Of a stretch of DNA of 51,504 nucleotides, positions 19,655 through 28,164 are shown piece by piece. Under the pieces are notes generated by a model. That model was given only the letters and a program-made list of their open reading frames with translations, was not told the DNA's origin and searched no databases. Both the position numbers and the translations under genes were made by a program. Each line of letters starts with the position of its first letter. The first letter of the stretch is position 1. Origin of the DNA: Promethearchaeota archaeon (lineage in GTDB: Archaea > Asgardarchaeota > Lokiarchaeia > Sigyniarchaeales > SOKP01); contig RDOA01000022.1 of assembly GCA_011364925.1 (NCBI GenBank), positions 1-51,504 of the forward strand, in the 5' to 3' direction.

Positions 19655-21343
19655 ATGAAAGATTACTCTGAATGGGAGCCTATTTATGATTATAATAACG
19701 AATCACCCTACTTAGAAAATCCAAATAGACCGTGGCTGAAGTATAGACCATCTAATGTTCCAAAATCTATAAAATTTGATCCTATACCTGTTCATGAGCT
19801 AATAAAATTGTCTGCTCAGAAGTTTTCAAATAATGTATGTGTACATAATAAATCAGATGGTAAAAAATACACTTATCGAGAACTGGGTTATATTACTGAT
19901 AAGATTGCAAATGCGTTAATCCAAATGGGCGTAAAAAAGGGAGATTGTATAGGAATAATGACACCGAATTGTCCAGAATTCATTTTTTGCTGCATAGGAA
20001 TAATGGAAACAGGCGCAATTGTAGTCCCAATTAACCCACTACTAAAGGAAAACGATGTAGCGCATATAATTAAAGAATCAAGGAATATGCGAACTATATT
20101 TGTCCATAAAGGAAACCTTAGAACAATCAAAAAGGCACAAAAAGATATAATCGAAAATATCATTCTTTTAGAATCGAATATATCCAAAGAAGGAACAATA
20201 ACACTCGAAGATTTTATTGAAGATATCACACCTATTCAACCAGAAATAGATTTGGATCCATCAAATGATATTGCAGCTCTATTGTTTACAGGTGGGACTA
20301 CGGGTTTGCCGAAAGGAGTTATGCTAACACATACAAATCTAGTTTCTTGTACCCTCTCAACTTTATTAATGCGTGGAGAACCAGAAGAGGGGGAAGAAAG
20401 GTTTGGTAAAACGGTTAACTTATCACTACTTCCCTTGTGTCATTCTTTTGGCTTTTTGGTTATGATCGCAGCAGTTTTCGGGGCTGCTATGTTAATAACG
20501 TTTCCTTCTTTCAACGCTTCTGATGTTCTGGAAGCAATTGAATATTTTAAAGTCGACAACCTTGTTGCTGTTCCAGTTATGTATCAAATGTTAATAAACC
20601 ATCCTGATTTTACGGAACGAGATTTATCGAGCCTTGAAACGGCACATTCAGGATCAGCTGCTCTACCGCAAGAATTAAATAAGAAATGGGAGGAGATCCT
20701 AAGATTTAAGGTAGGACAGGGATTTGGATTAACAGAGACTTCACCAGTCACTCATGCGGCAGCTAAATGGATGCCAGAAATACGTTCAAACAGCATAGGT
20801 GTTCCAATTATTGATACTGATGCTAAAATCGTCAATCCAGATACTTTAGAAGAACTGGATACTGGCGAACTTGGAGAACTAGTTATACGAGGGCCTCAAA
20901 TAATGAAAGGGTATTGGTATAATCCCGAAGAAACAAAAAAAACAATTGTTGATGGTTGGTTGCGAACCGGTGATCTAGCAAGGATGGACGAACAAGGTTA
21001 TTTCTATATAGAGGGCCGCTCAAAAGATATCATTAAATATAAAGGATATAAAGTAATGCCGTATGAAGTGGAAGAAAAATTGTATGAGCATCCCGCAATT
21101 CACGAAGTTGGCGTCGTTTCAGCACCAGACCAGAATATTGGTGAGACTATTAAGGCGTATGTAGTTCTAAAACCTGAATATAAAGATGGGAAAATTACAG
21201 AACGTGAAATAATAGAATGGGCTAAAGAACGACTTGCAGCGTATAAATATCCTCGCCAAGTGGAGTTTATAAATGTGCTACCTCGCACCGCTGTAGGAAA
21301 AATATTCCGGAGAAAATTAAGGGAAAGGACAATGAAAAGTTAA
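19655..21343 (+). CDS. Long-chain fatty acid--CoA ligase (ANL superfamily)
   Basis: FTGGTTGLPKG, GFGLTETSP, GWLRTGD, LPRTAVGKI. Confidence 0.95.
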   Translation: MKDYSEWEPIYDYNNESPYLENPNRPWLKYRPSNVPKSIKFDPIPVHELIKLSAQKFSNNVCVHNKSDGKKYTYRELGYITDKIANALIQMGVKKGDCIGIMTPNCPEFIFCCIGIMETGAIVVPINPLLKENDVAHIIKESRNMRTIFVHKGNLRTIKKAQKDIIENIILLESNISKEGTITLEDFIEDITPIQPEIDLDPSNDIAALLFTGGTTGLPKGVMLTHTNLVSCTLSTLLMRGEPEEGEERFGKTVNLSLLPLCHSFGFLVMIAAVFGAAMLITFPSFNASDVLEAIEYFKVDNLVAVPVMYQMLINHPDFTERDLSSLETAHSGSAALPQELNKKWEEILRFKVGQGFGLTETSPVTHAAAKWMPEIRSNSIGVPIIDTDAKIVNPDTLEELDTGELGELVIRGPQIMKGYWYNPEETKKTIVDGWLRTGDLARMDEQGYFYIEGRSKDIIKYKGYKVMPYEVEEKLYEHPAIHEVGVVSAPDQNIGETIKAYVVLKPEYKDGKITEREIIEWAKERLAAYKYPRQVEFINVLPRTAVGKIFRRKLRERTMKS

Positions 21344-21413
21344 ATATTAACTTTTTAATTAAGAGAATTTTCTAAGTTTAAAATAATTAATTGCTACGAA
21401 GATGTGATAAGAT

Positions 21414-22832
21414 GTGAAGAAAGAAGAAATATGTTTTATGCCCGCTTTTGAGATGTTAGAAACTATTAAAAATCAAGAATTAACGTCTGAAGAAATAACT
21501 GAGATTATTATTGAACGAATTGAAAAAATAAATCCAATTATTAACGCTTATTGCACTACTACTTTTGATTTAGCTCGAGAAATGGCAAGAAGAGCGGATA
21601 ATAAAGTAAAAAAAGGTGAAAAACTAGGATTATTGAATGGGATTCCTACATCAATTAAGGACCTAAATAATATAAAGGGGATTAAAACTACTTATGGTTC
21701 TAAGATTTTTGAAAATAACATAGCTGATCATGACGACATTGCTGTTAATAGGTTAAGAAAAGAGGGATGTGTCTTTCTAGGAAAAACTAATACGCCTGAA
21801 TTCGGTTTTAAGGGTGTGACAGAAAATTTAATTTTCGAGCCTACGCGTAATCCATGGAATTTAGAACTCACGGCAGGAGGCTCTAGTGGAGGAGCAGCTT
21901 CAGCAGTAGTAGCTGGACTAGGACCTCTGGCTCAGGGATCAGATGGGGGAGGATCGATACGTAATCCTTCAAGCTTTTGCGGAGCATACGGTCTTAAAAC
22001 AAGTTATGGAAGAGTTCCAAGATACCCTTCAATATTCCCTATAGATTTGAATATTTCTGTAATTGGTCCAATCGTCCGATATGTTAAGGATGCAGCGCTA
22101 ATGTTGGATGCCATGAAAGGTCCATTTGAAGGTGATAAATTTTCACTACCTAAAGATGGAATTCGATATATTGATAAAATTAATGAAGTTCCCGAAGGAA
22201 TAAAAATAGCGTATTCCTTAGATTTAGGTCACGCAAAAGCATTAGACCCTAAGGTTGAGAGGAATGTATTAAATTCTGTAGAATTATTTCAAAATTTTGG
22301 ATGGACCGTTGAACATGTTAAAATGAAAATGCGAAAAGCTACAATCTCTTTTAACACCATCTATACATCTGAGTATGCGTATAATTTGAAACCTTATTTG
22401 AAGAAGTGGAAAGATAAAATAGATCCTAACTTAATAAAATTAATCGATGCCGGTTTAAGTTATGATGGAATGGCATTACCAAGAGCTATAGCTATTCGGG
22501 ATCAAATGTATAAAACCATTTATAACCTTTTCAAAGATTATGATGTTATAATAACTCCTTCAACTGCTGTTCCTGCTTTTGAATTGGGAATAATGAATCC
22601 TTGGAAAATAAATGGGATTAATGTATCTCCAACTGGTTGGACACCATTTGCATTTCCATTCAATATGACAGGACACCCTGCAGCAAGTATTCCTTGTGGG
22701 TGGACTAATGAAGGTTTACCTATTGGAATGCAAATAGTTGGTAATAGGTTTGATGAACTTACGGTTTTACAAGTTTCAAAAGCGTTCGAAGAAATGGCAC
22801 CTTGGCAAGATAAAAAACCTAATATTACATAA
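21414..22832 (+). CDS. Amidase signature family enzyme
   Basis: IKDL, GKTNTPEFG, GGSSGGAAS, GSDGGGSIRNPSSFCG. Confidence 0.95.
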   Translation: MKKEEICFMPAFEMLETIKNQELTSEEITEIIIERIEKINPIINAYCTTTFDLAREMARRADNKVKKGEKLGLLNGIPTSIKDLNNIKGIKTTYGSKIFENNIADHDDIAVNRLRKEGCVFLGKTNTPEFGFKGVTENLIFEPTRNPWNLELTAGGSSGGAASAVVAGLGPLAQGSDGGGSIRNPSSFCGAYGLKTSYGRVPRYPSIFPIDLNISVIGPIVRYVKDAALMLDAMKGPFEGDKFSLPKDGIRYIDKINEVPEGIKIAYSLDLGHAKALDPKVERNVLNSVELFQNFGWTVEHVKMKMRKATISFNTIYTSEYAYNLKPYLKKWKDKIDPNLIKLIDAGLSYDGMALPRAIAIRDQMYKTIYNLFKDYDVIITPSTAVPAFELGIMNPWKINGINVSPTGWTPFAFPFNMTGHPAASIPCGWTNEGLPIGMQIVGNRFDELTVLQVSKAFEEMAPWQDKKPNIT

Positions 22833-22942
22833 CTTGCATAATTTTTTATTTTAATTCTGTTAAACTATTCTTCTTTAAAGTAATATTAAATATGCTTAGT
22901 TAAATGGATAATCGTGAAAAGAATCACTGGTAGAATGTAAAA

Positions 22943-23785
22943 ATGAATAAGAAACATTTGAAAAAGGAAATAGCTGAATTTCAAGGGACTGAGTTAACAC
23001 AAGAATATAGCAATTTAGATTTCACTATAGTACTCATTCGACCAGAACACGCCGCTAACATCGGTTCTATAGCCCGAATAATGAAGAATTTTAATTTCAA
23101 CAATCTAGTTGTATTTAATCCAGTTGAAAACGCAGAAATCATTCAAAGCCACCACACTCAAGGATTTGCCATGCATGGAAAGGATATCCTATTAAATGCT
23201 CAAATTATTGAACTCGACAATCAAAATACACACTTAAATAAGTATAAAGAATTAATGCAACAATTTGATTTAGTAATAGCGTCTACTGCAAAAGGAATGC
23301 ATTATAAAAATGTTAGAAGGTTATCGATTTTTCCTAAAGATTTACAATTTCCTATATCTGATAGCCCTGTAAAAATTGCTATAGTTTTTGGAAAAGAATC
23401 GCGTGGTCTTACAAACGAAGAAATAGAACTCGCAGACATGCTAATTAGGATTCCCTCCAGTGACGAATATCCTACATTAAACCTATCTCACGCTTGTGGA
23501 ATAATTCTCTACGAAATCTATAATAAAATTCATAAGCTTTCTTTGGGAAGAGGACCCAAACCAGTTATGTTAGCAAGTAGAAGTGATAAACAGATTCTAT
23601 ATAAAATGATTAGAGATATTGTCAATAGCTTAAAGATTCGCGCCTATACAGCAGAAAATGTTTTATTTGCTTTTAAAAACGTGTTTGAAAGAGCAGTCGT
23701 CTCTAAAAAAGAATTAAACCTTATTTTAGGAGTCTTTTCAAAGCTTAATTCCCTCTTGAAAAAAAGAAAAATATATAACGATTGA
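22943..23785 (+). CDS. trmJ: tRNA 2'-O-methyltransferase, TrmJ/TrmH SPOUT family
   Basis: VLIRPEHAANIGSIARIMKNF, VFGKESRGLTNEE, YPTLNLSHA. Confidence 0.88.
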   Translation: MNKKHLKKEIAEFQGTELTQEYSNLDFTIVLIRPEHAANIGSIARIMKNFNFNNLVVFNPVENAEIIQSHHTQGFAMHGKDILLNAQIIELDNQNTHLNKYKELMQQFDLVIASTAKGMHYKNVRRLSIFPKDLQFPISDSPVKIAIVFGKESRGLTNEEIELADMLIRIPSSDEYPTLNLSHACGIILYEIYNKIHKLSLGRGPKPVMLASRSDKQILYKMIRDIVNSLKIRAYTAENVLFAFKNVFERAVVSKKELNLILGVFSKLNSLLKKRKIYND

Positions 23786-23794
23786 AAAAATGTC

Positions 23795-24013
23795 TCAAAC
23801 TGCTTGATAATAACGTGGTTTTCTAGAATTAATGACAATTAACTTCTCAGGCATATCATTCACTATTCTTTTAATAACCTTGGCGAGCGCGTTATGTGTG
23901 TCGTATCCCATTGCGTTTGCCCATTCACTCGCAGTAGATCTCCCCATTTCTTTTAACTTATCGAGACAAATTTGTTCAAACGTTCTTGGTACTATCTTTT
24001 TTGTTTTTAAAAT
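23795..24013 (-). CDS. Small winged-helix protein (72 aa), probable ATT start; absent from ORF track
   Basis: Minus strand GAGGAGGTAA-AAAGTA-ATT then LKTKKIVPRTFEQICLDKLKEMGRSTASEWANAMGYDTHNALAKVIKRIVNDMPEKLIVINSRKPRYYQAV*; three-helix-plus-wing pattern. Confidence 0.7.
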   Translation of the reverse strand: MLKTKKIVPRTFEQICLDKLKEMGRSTASEWANAMGYDTHNALAKVIKRIVNDMPEKLIVINSRKPRYYQAV

Positions 24014-24616
24014 TACTTTTTACCTCCTCTTTCACTTATTCTAATGGATAAATTTAATATATTTACAAAAACACATTGAGGATGAATTACATATAGAATA
24101 GGTTTTCAAAACTTCCCAGGGCGATACGAGAAGTGGAACGTTTTTTTGCAATCTCCTAGTATTCCAATATACTATATATCTAGATTTAAAATTAGTACTG
24201 AGGCTATTTAAAAGATAATGTTAGATTTTTGTAGAGTTATACAACTTTTATGTATAAGAGTTCAAATTAATCTATATGACATATCCAACACTGAGCTAAT
24301 TTTTCTCCCGACATAAATGGATTTTCATTGACAAAATCGTATTTAATTTTAATAAGTTATAAAATTATGATTGAATTTGATAATGTAATCCCAAATTTAT
24401 AAGAGTTCTTTAAGTAGCATAATAGTCTTTGAATTAGCTCTATTTCATTAGCAGGATTACCTTCGTTTAATTTAACCCATTTAAATATTTCTTCAAAATT
24501 GGGAATATTTTCCCGCACTGTGGTCAATAGTTGAGAGGACATGCATAAATTTACAATAAACCGACAAAGTGAGGTAATTTATATAAATCAGAAGTGTTTG
24601 ATGATCTGACAATCAA

Positions 24617-24730
24617 GACTCCTGTGCCACCTTGGATTTTTGTCTTTTGGTAGCGCGATAATATAAAAATTGCGCCATGCTTATCCTATACTAATTTTGA
24701 CCATTTCGTTAGGTCATGGCGACAGGAGTC
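24617..24730. ncRNA. Putative structured non-coding RNA (three-way junction), strand uncertain
   Basis: Closing stem GACTCCTGT-GCCA / TGGC-G-ACAGGAGTC (13 bp, one bulge); inner hairpins GCGCGAT/ATTGCGC and TGACC/GGTCA; GGAT/ATCC stem; no long ORF over it. Confidence 0.55.
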
Positions 24731-24775
24731 ATCCTTATTCATAGATTAAAAATATTCAGTTAAATTTTAACCTAA

Positions 24776-24789
24776 GTTTAAACTTTTCG
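24776..24789 (-). promoter_or_regulatory. Candidate BRE-TATA promoter pointing toward the structured element
   Basis: Minus strand CGAAAAG-TTTAAAC fits the archaeal BRE + TATA consensus, about 45 nt upstream of 24730. Confidence 0.45.
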
Positions 24790-24996
24790 ATTGAAAGTTA
24801 GGTATTGTAAGACGCAATGCCATAATTAATCATAACGCTTATTAAATCTTCGCGTTAATTTATTCTTATCAATTAAAACCCTATTACAAAAAAACTGTAT
24901 TACAATAACATTCGGCGGTATTCCTACCCACAATAAGTGAGCGTGCTTTTAAAATAAAAAGATATATATAGCCTAATGTGGTATTTTTATTTAACC

Positions 24997-25461
24997 ATGT
25001 CCCAATCGTATAAAGATTTCTTAGAAAAATACAGTATTGACGATTTTAAAACGAGTTTAAAGCTTGCTGGACACACAAAAGTAGATTTCTACAACGATAT
25101 TGACAAGTTATTGAAAAGTATGAGTACAATCTTCGATAAGCTCGCAACTATTGGAACTATGAGAGGCGCTCAAGTATTAATGGCTATTGCAAAGTTATCT
25201 GGGCCAGATAGTGTGGTAAATAAGACAGATGTGAAAAATTGTCTGAATGTTGATAGATTGGAGAAAATATTACCAGCGATTGAGTATCTAGAAAAATCAA
25301 AATACATTAAGATTGAGGAAAAAACAAAAAAGTTTCATATTATCAAACTAAATGAAGAAGATTTTCCAGATTTACGAGTATTCAGGGAGATTATTCAGAA
25401 ATATTGGAAATCACCACAGGAAGAAGTAACACAAGCAAAGAAATGGAGTGAAATTAAGTGA
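24997..25461 (+). CDS. Winged-helix-containing hypothetical protein
   Basis: QVLMAIAKL..VNKTDVKNCLNV..ILPAIEYLEKSKYIKIEE..HIIKLN wHTH pattern; AAAAAGATATATATA promoter-like motif about 27 nt upstream. Confidence 0.7.
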   Translation: MSQSYKDFLEKYSIDDFKTSLKLAGHTKVDFYNDIDKLLKSMSTIFDKLATIGTMRGAQVLMAIAKLSGPDSVVNKTDVKNCLNVDRLEKILPAIEYLEKSKYIKIEEKTKKFHIIKLNEEDFPDLRVFREIIQKYWKSPQEEVTQAKKWSEIK

Positions 25462-26459
25462 GGAACTCCTTAAAAAGCGTAGCAGAGTTGAATTTTGAGG
25501 ATGAGCAGGGCTATCTAGCTTCTGTCAAGACAATTAGGTCAGAGTATGTTAAGAAAGCGCTAAAGTCAGCGGTGTATATTTCTATTGTTATTTCCGTAGC
25601 GATTTCATATCTACTTTATGCGTATCTACCATATATCAAAGTAAACTTCTTTAATAAACTACTCATAACTGAAAACCCTAGTTCCGAAACTGCTGGCTTT
25701 CCCTTAAATTTAACTATAAGTTGGGCTCTCTTTAGCACCTGTATTTTCTTGGTGATATATTTTGTTCGATTGGGTCAAGTAAAATTTACACCTTCTTTAA
25801 TTAAATATATCAAAAAGGAAACGAAATATGCGGGATTCGAATTTATACAAAAAATCGAGAGTGTCGGAATATTTATTATCCTTACAGCAGTCTCCATAGC
25901 AATTTTCTTTTATATAGACACGAGACTTATCCAATTCAACGACACATTCTGGAGCTTATTTTTCCAATATTCGTTCTTCGCCTATTTATTGGTAAACTTG
26001 ATTCTCCCTATCATTCTCATTTATAGAAACGATAAATTTGTAATTAAAGTAAAAGATAATGTATTCGTTCTATGTGAACTACATTACAAGGTACGAAAAA
26101 AGAAAAGTTATGATCCAAATTTATTAGGCATAATTTTAACATCAAATCGATTATGTTCTAAGTTTGACCAATCAGGAAAATTTATTTACTCCAAAATTTC
26201 AGAAGATAGATGGTTAATAAGAAACGAACCCTCTACAATAAAGCCATTTCTCCACTTTGAAGAGTATTCTGTTCCCTTAAACTTCCAAAAACAATTTTTA
26301 AACATTGTTCTAGCTCTTAACGATTGGGAAAATAATTACATTTCAAACTTCAATTCTATGAACTATTACTTTTCAAACACATTTCCATATCATAAATATG
26401 GAACGAAACCAGAAGAAAAATCAGATCATCTTATTTACTTGAAGTTCTTAAATCGATAG
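25458..26459 (+). CDS. Membrane protein (4 TM) with soluble C-terminal domain
   Basis: Four hydrophobic segments; GTGA overlap with the upstream gene (translational coupling). Confidence 0.75.
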   Translation: MRNSLKSVAELNFEDEQGYLASVKTIRSEYVKKALKSAVYISIVISVAISYLLYAYLPYIKVNFFNKLLITENPSSETAGFPLNLTISWALFSTCIFLVIYFVRLGQVKFTPSLIKYIKKETKYAGFEFIQKIESVGIFIILTAVSIAIFFYIDTRLIQFNDTFWSLFFQYSFFAYLLVNLILPIILIYRNDKFVIKVKDNVFVLCELHYKVRKKKSYDPNLLGIILTSNRLCSKFDQSGKFIYSKISEDRWLIRNEPSTIKPFLHFEEYSVPLNFQKQFLNIVLALNDWENNYISNFNSMNYYFSNTFPYHKYGTKPEEKSDHLIYLKFLNR

Positions 26460-26593
26460 ATCTATTCTTCTTTGGTAATATTCTTCGTAGAAATTTTTAT
26501 TGACAAAAAGAGCTACATTATTAGGATTTCTTATCTTTAGAAAATAGAGAAAAAAGTAATATTTACTTATAGTTCCCTACAGAAGGATAGTTG

Positions 26594-27235
26594 TTAGATA
26601 AAGTATTTCTGCTGAAGCTTAACATAGCTATTATGCTCTGTAAATTCTTCCTCAACAAGATTCGCTACAATTCCATATAACTGCCGAAACAATTCCTCTG
26701 GGAATGCTTTATGCTCGAATACTATATCACAAACTAATTGCTCAGTTAACACTTGGGAATTTACAGGCTTGTTATAAAGCAAAAATTTCATTAATGCAGA
26801 ATCGATTTTAGACTTAACAATCTTTTTAATAATCTCTAAACTTAAGTCTCGTTCAGGATCAATGAAATAAGGGAAATTCATGTCGTCAAGAATCTTTATA
26901 TATCCAAAACTGGACGAAATCTTCTCAACAGAATATTCTAACGAGCTTATATCTAAATTAAACCTTTCGCAAAAATCCTTTTTACTTTCGTGAACAGGAA
27001 ACGCAAAGGGATGTCTTGTAACTATGTAATATGCCGCAATAAAAAATTTATACAAATTATGTGGAATTTTACCTTGAATTCTTAAATACCTATAAGTTAA
27101 AGAGACGGTGTCAATTATAAAATCGCAATCAATGTCAAACTGCTTTAAGAATTCTTCTCCATCTTTGACTAAGTCGATAGTTATCCTATCTTTCGTGTTT
27201 AATTCTTCAAAATTTGAACTATATAATTCTAACAT
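26594..27235 (-). CDS. Cyclin/TFIIB-fold-like hypothetical protein
   Basis: FFIAAYYIVTRH...SKKDFCERFNLDISSLEYSVEKI resembles TFB core repeat helices; no zinc ribbon. Confidence 0.6.
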   Translation of the reverse strand: MLELYSSNFEELNTKDRITIDLVKDGEEFLKQFDIDCDFIIDTVSLTYRYLRIQGKIPHNLYKFFIAAYYIVTRHPFAFPVHESKKDFCERFNLDISSLEYSVEKISSSFGYIKILDDMNFPYFIDPERDLSLEIIKKIVKSKIDSALMKFLLYNKPVNSQVLTEQLVCDIVFEHKAFPEELFRQLYGIVANLVEEEFTEHNSYVKLQQKYFI

Positions 27236-27283
27236 TTAACACACACAGCCTTAGCATTTTACTTTTTCTCAAAGGAATATCGA

Positions 27284-27356
27284 AATATCACTTTGATATT
27301 ATATGAATAACACTAATATTATTTAAATGTGATGCAATTCGCATCACTTCGATGCA
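27284..27356. promoter_or_regulatory. Palindromic operator candidates between divergent genes
   Basis: AATATCA-CTT-TGATATT (27284-27300) and GTGATGC-AATTC-GCATCAC (27329-27347) followed by another GATGCA. Confidence 0.5.
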
Positions 27357-27436
27357 TTTTTTGAAAATATTTAAATATGGAAAGTTTTTCATATCTATTA
27401 ACAGTAAAGATATCGACATAAATATGAAACAATAAA

Positions 27437-27895
27437 ATGACATCTGAAAGCACTGAAGACGAGAAGAATAAGCGAATAACAGTTAATCTTGATGATATCG
27501 ATTTTAAAATAGTAGAAACACTTGAAGGAGTTATCGCAAGAAAAAAAGCATCTGTTATCGCTCAGATGATTAAGGAGTGGATAAACCAAAATTCCGAACG
27601 AATAATGAAAACATGGGATATCGATCTTGCTGGTATAAGAAGGCAAGTGTTAGCGGAAACTAAAGGTTTAGCAATAAAAGAAGAACTTCAGGACTTGGAT
27701 AAAGAGGTAATAAACCAACTACCAAAATTATTTAAAACTATAAAAAGTATAAACATCGATGAATTAGCAGAATTAGTAGAAGTTAATCAAAGAACTCTAA
27801 AAAGAGTCATTTTTGGTCATAGAGATGAACTTCTATCGTTAGGTTTAGACTTAAAATATGAAAATGGCTTAATCACAAGAGCAATTAAAGAATAA
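27437..27895 (+). CDS. Ribbon-helix-helix protein with C-terminal HTH-like domain
   Basis: KRITVNLDDIDFKIVETL..KKASVIAQMIKEWI RHH pattern; SINIDELAELVEVNQRTLKRVI HTH. Confidence 0.75.
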   Translation: MTSESTEDEKNKRITVNLDDIDFKIVETLEGVIARKKASVIAQMIKEWINQNSERIMKTWDIDLAGIRRQVLAETKGLAIKEELQDLDKEVINQLPKLFKTIKSINIDELAELVEVNQRTLKRVIFGHRDELLSLGLDLKYENGLITRAIKE

Positions 27896-27916
27896 AATTA
27901 AATCAAAAAAAATACA

Positions 27917-28084
27917 ATGAAATTTACAAAACTTAATCTAATTGGATCATTTGAAGTCATTAATATTGGAAAAGATATCTATTCAGGCGAAGAAAAAATG
28001 CTATTTGAAAATCGTCATCCGATTTTTAAAACGCTTATGAAATTAGAATTTGAGGAAGTTCTTCGTAATTTCTCAAATAAGTAA
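27917..28084 (+). CDS. Small hypothetical protein (55 aa), below ORF-track cut-off
   Basis: ATG 21 nt after the RHH gene stop: MKFTKLNLIGSFEVINIGKDIYSGEEKMLFENRHPIFKTLMKLEFEEVLRNFSNK*. Confidence 0.45.
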   Translation: MKFTKLNLIGSFEVINIGKDIYSGEEKMLFENRHPIFKTLMKLEFEEVLRNFSNK

Positions 28085-28164
28085 TTATCCAAATTTTTAT
28101 TATTAAGCGATTAGTTGATCGCACGAATCTAAATATAATTCAACACTATTATGGATTTAGATTA

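Noticed and set aside
21414-22832. gatA assignment
   Set aside because: Generic amidase signature, no gatB/gatC nearby, and context with a hydrolase and a CoA ligase suggests a catabolic amidase.
23795-24013. Z-alpha (Z-DNA-binding) assignment for the small wHTH
   Set aside because: The overall pattern is similar, but the diagnostic NxxxY of helix 3 and the wing Trp are absent.
23832-24044. 70-aa plus-strand hydrophobic ORF
   Set aside because: Antisense shadow of the SD-led wHTH gene.
24357-24542. 61-aa minus-strand ORF
   Set aside because: No RBS or recognisable motif; could be real or a remnant but is unsupported.
24588-24609. C/D-box-like TGATGA and CTGA
   Set aside because: The boxes are 1 nt apart, leaving no guide region; only a 5-bp TCAGA/TCTGA stem.
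24617-24730. tRNA, 5S rRNA, SECIS or MITE interpretation of the structured element
   Set aside because: No T/D-loop or 5S consensus; no proper AUGA/GA SECIS geometry or adjacent UGA-interrupted gene; no target-site duplication or second copy in the window. A MITE is not fully excluded.
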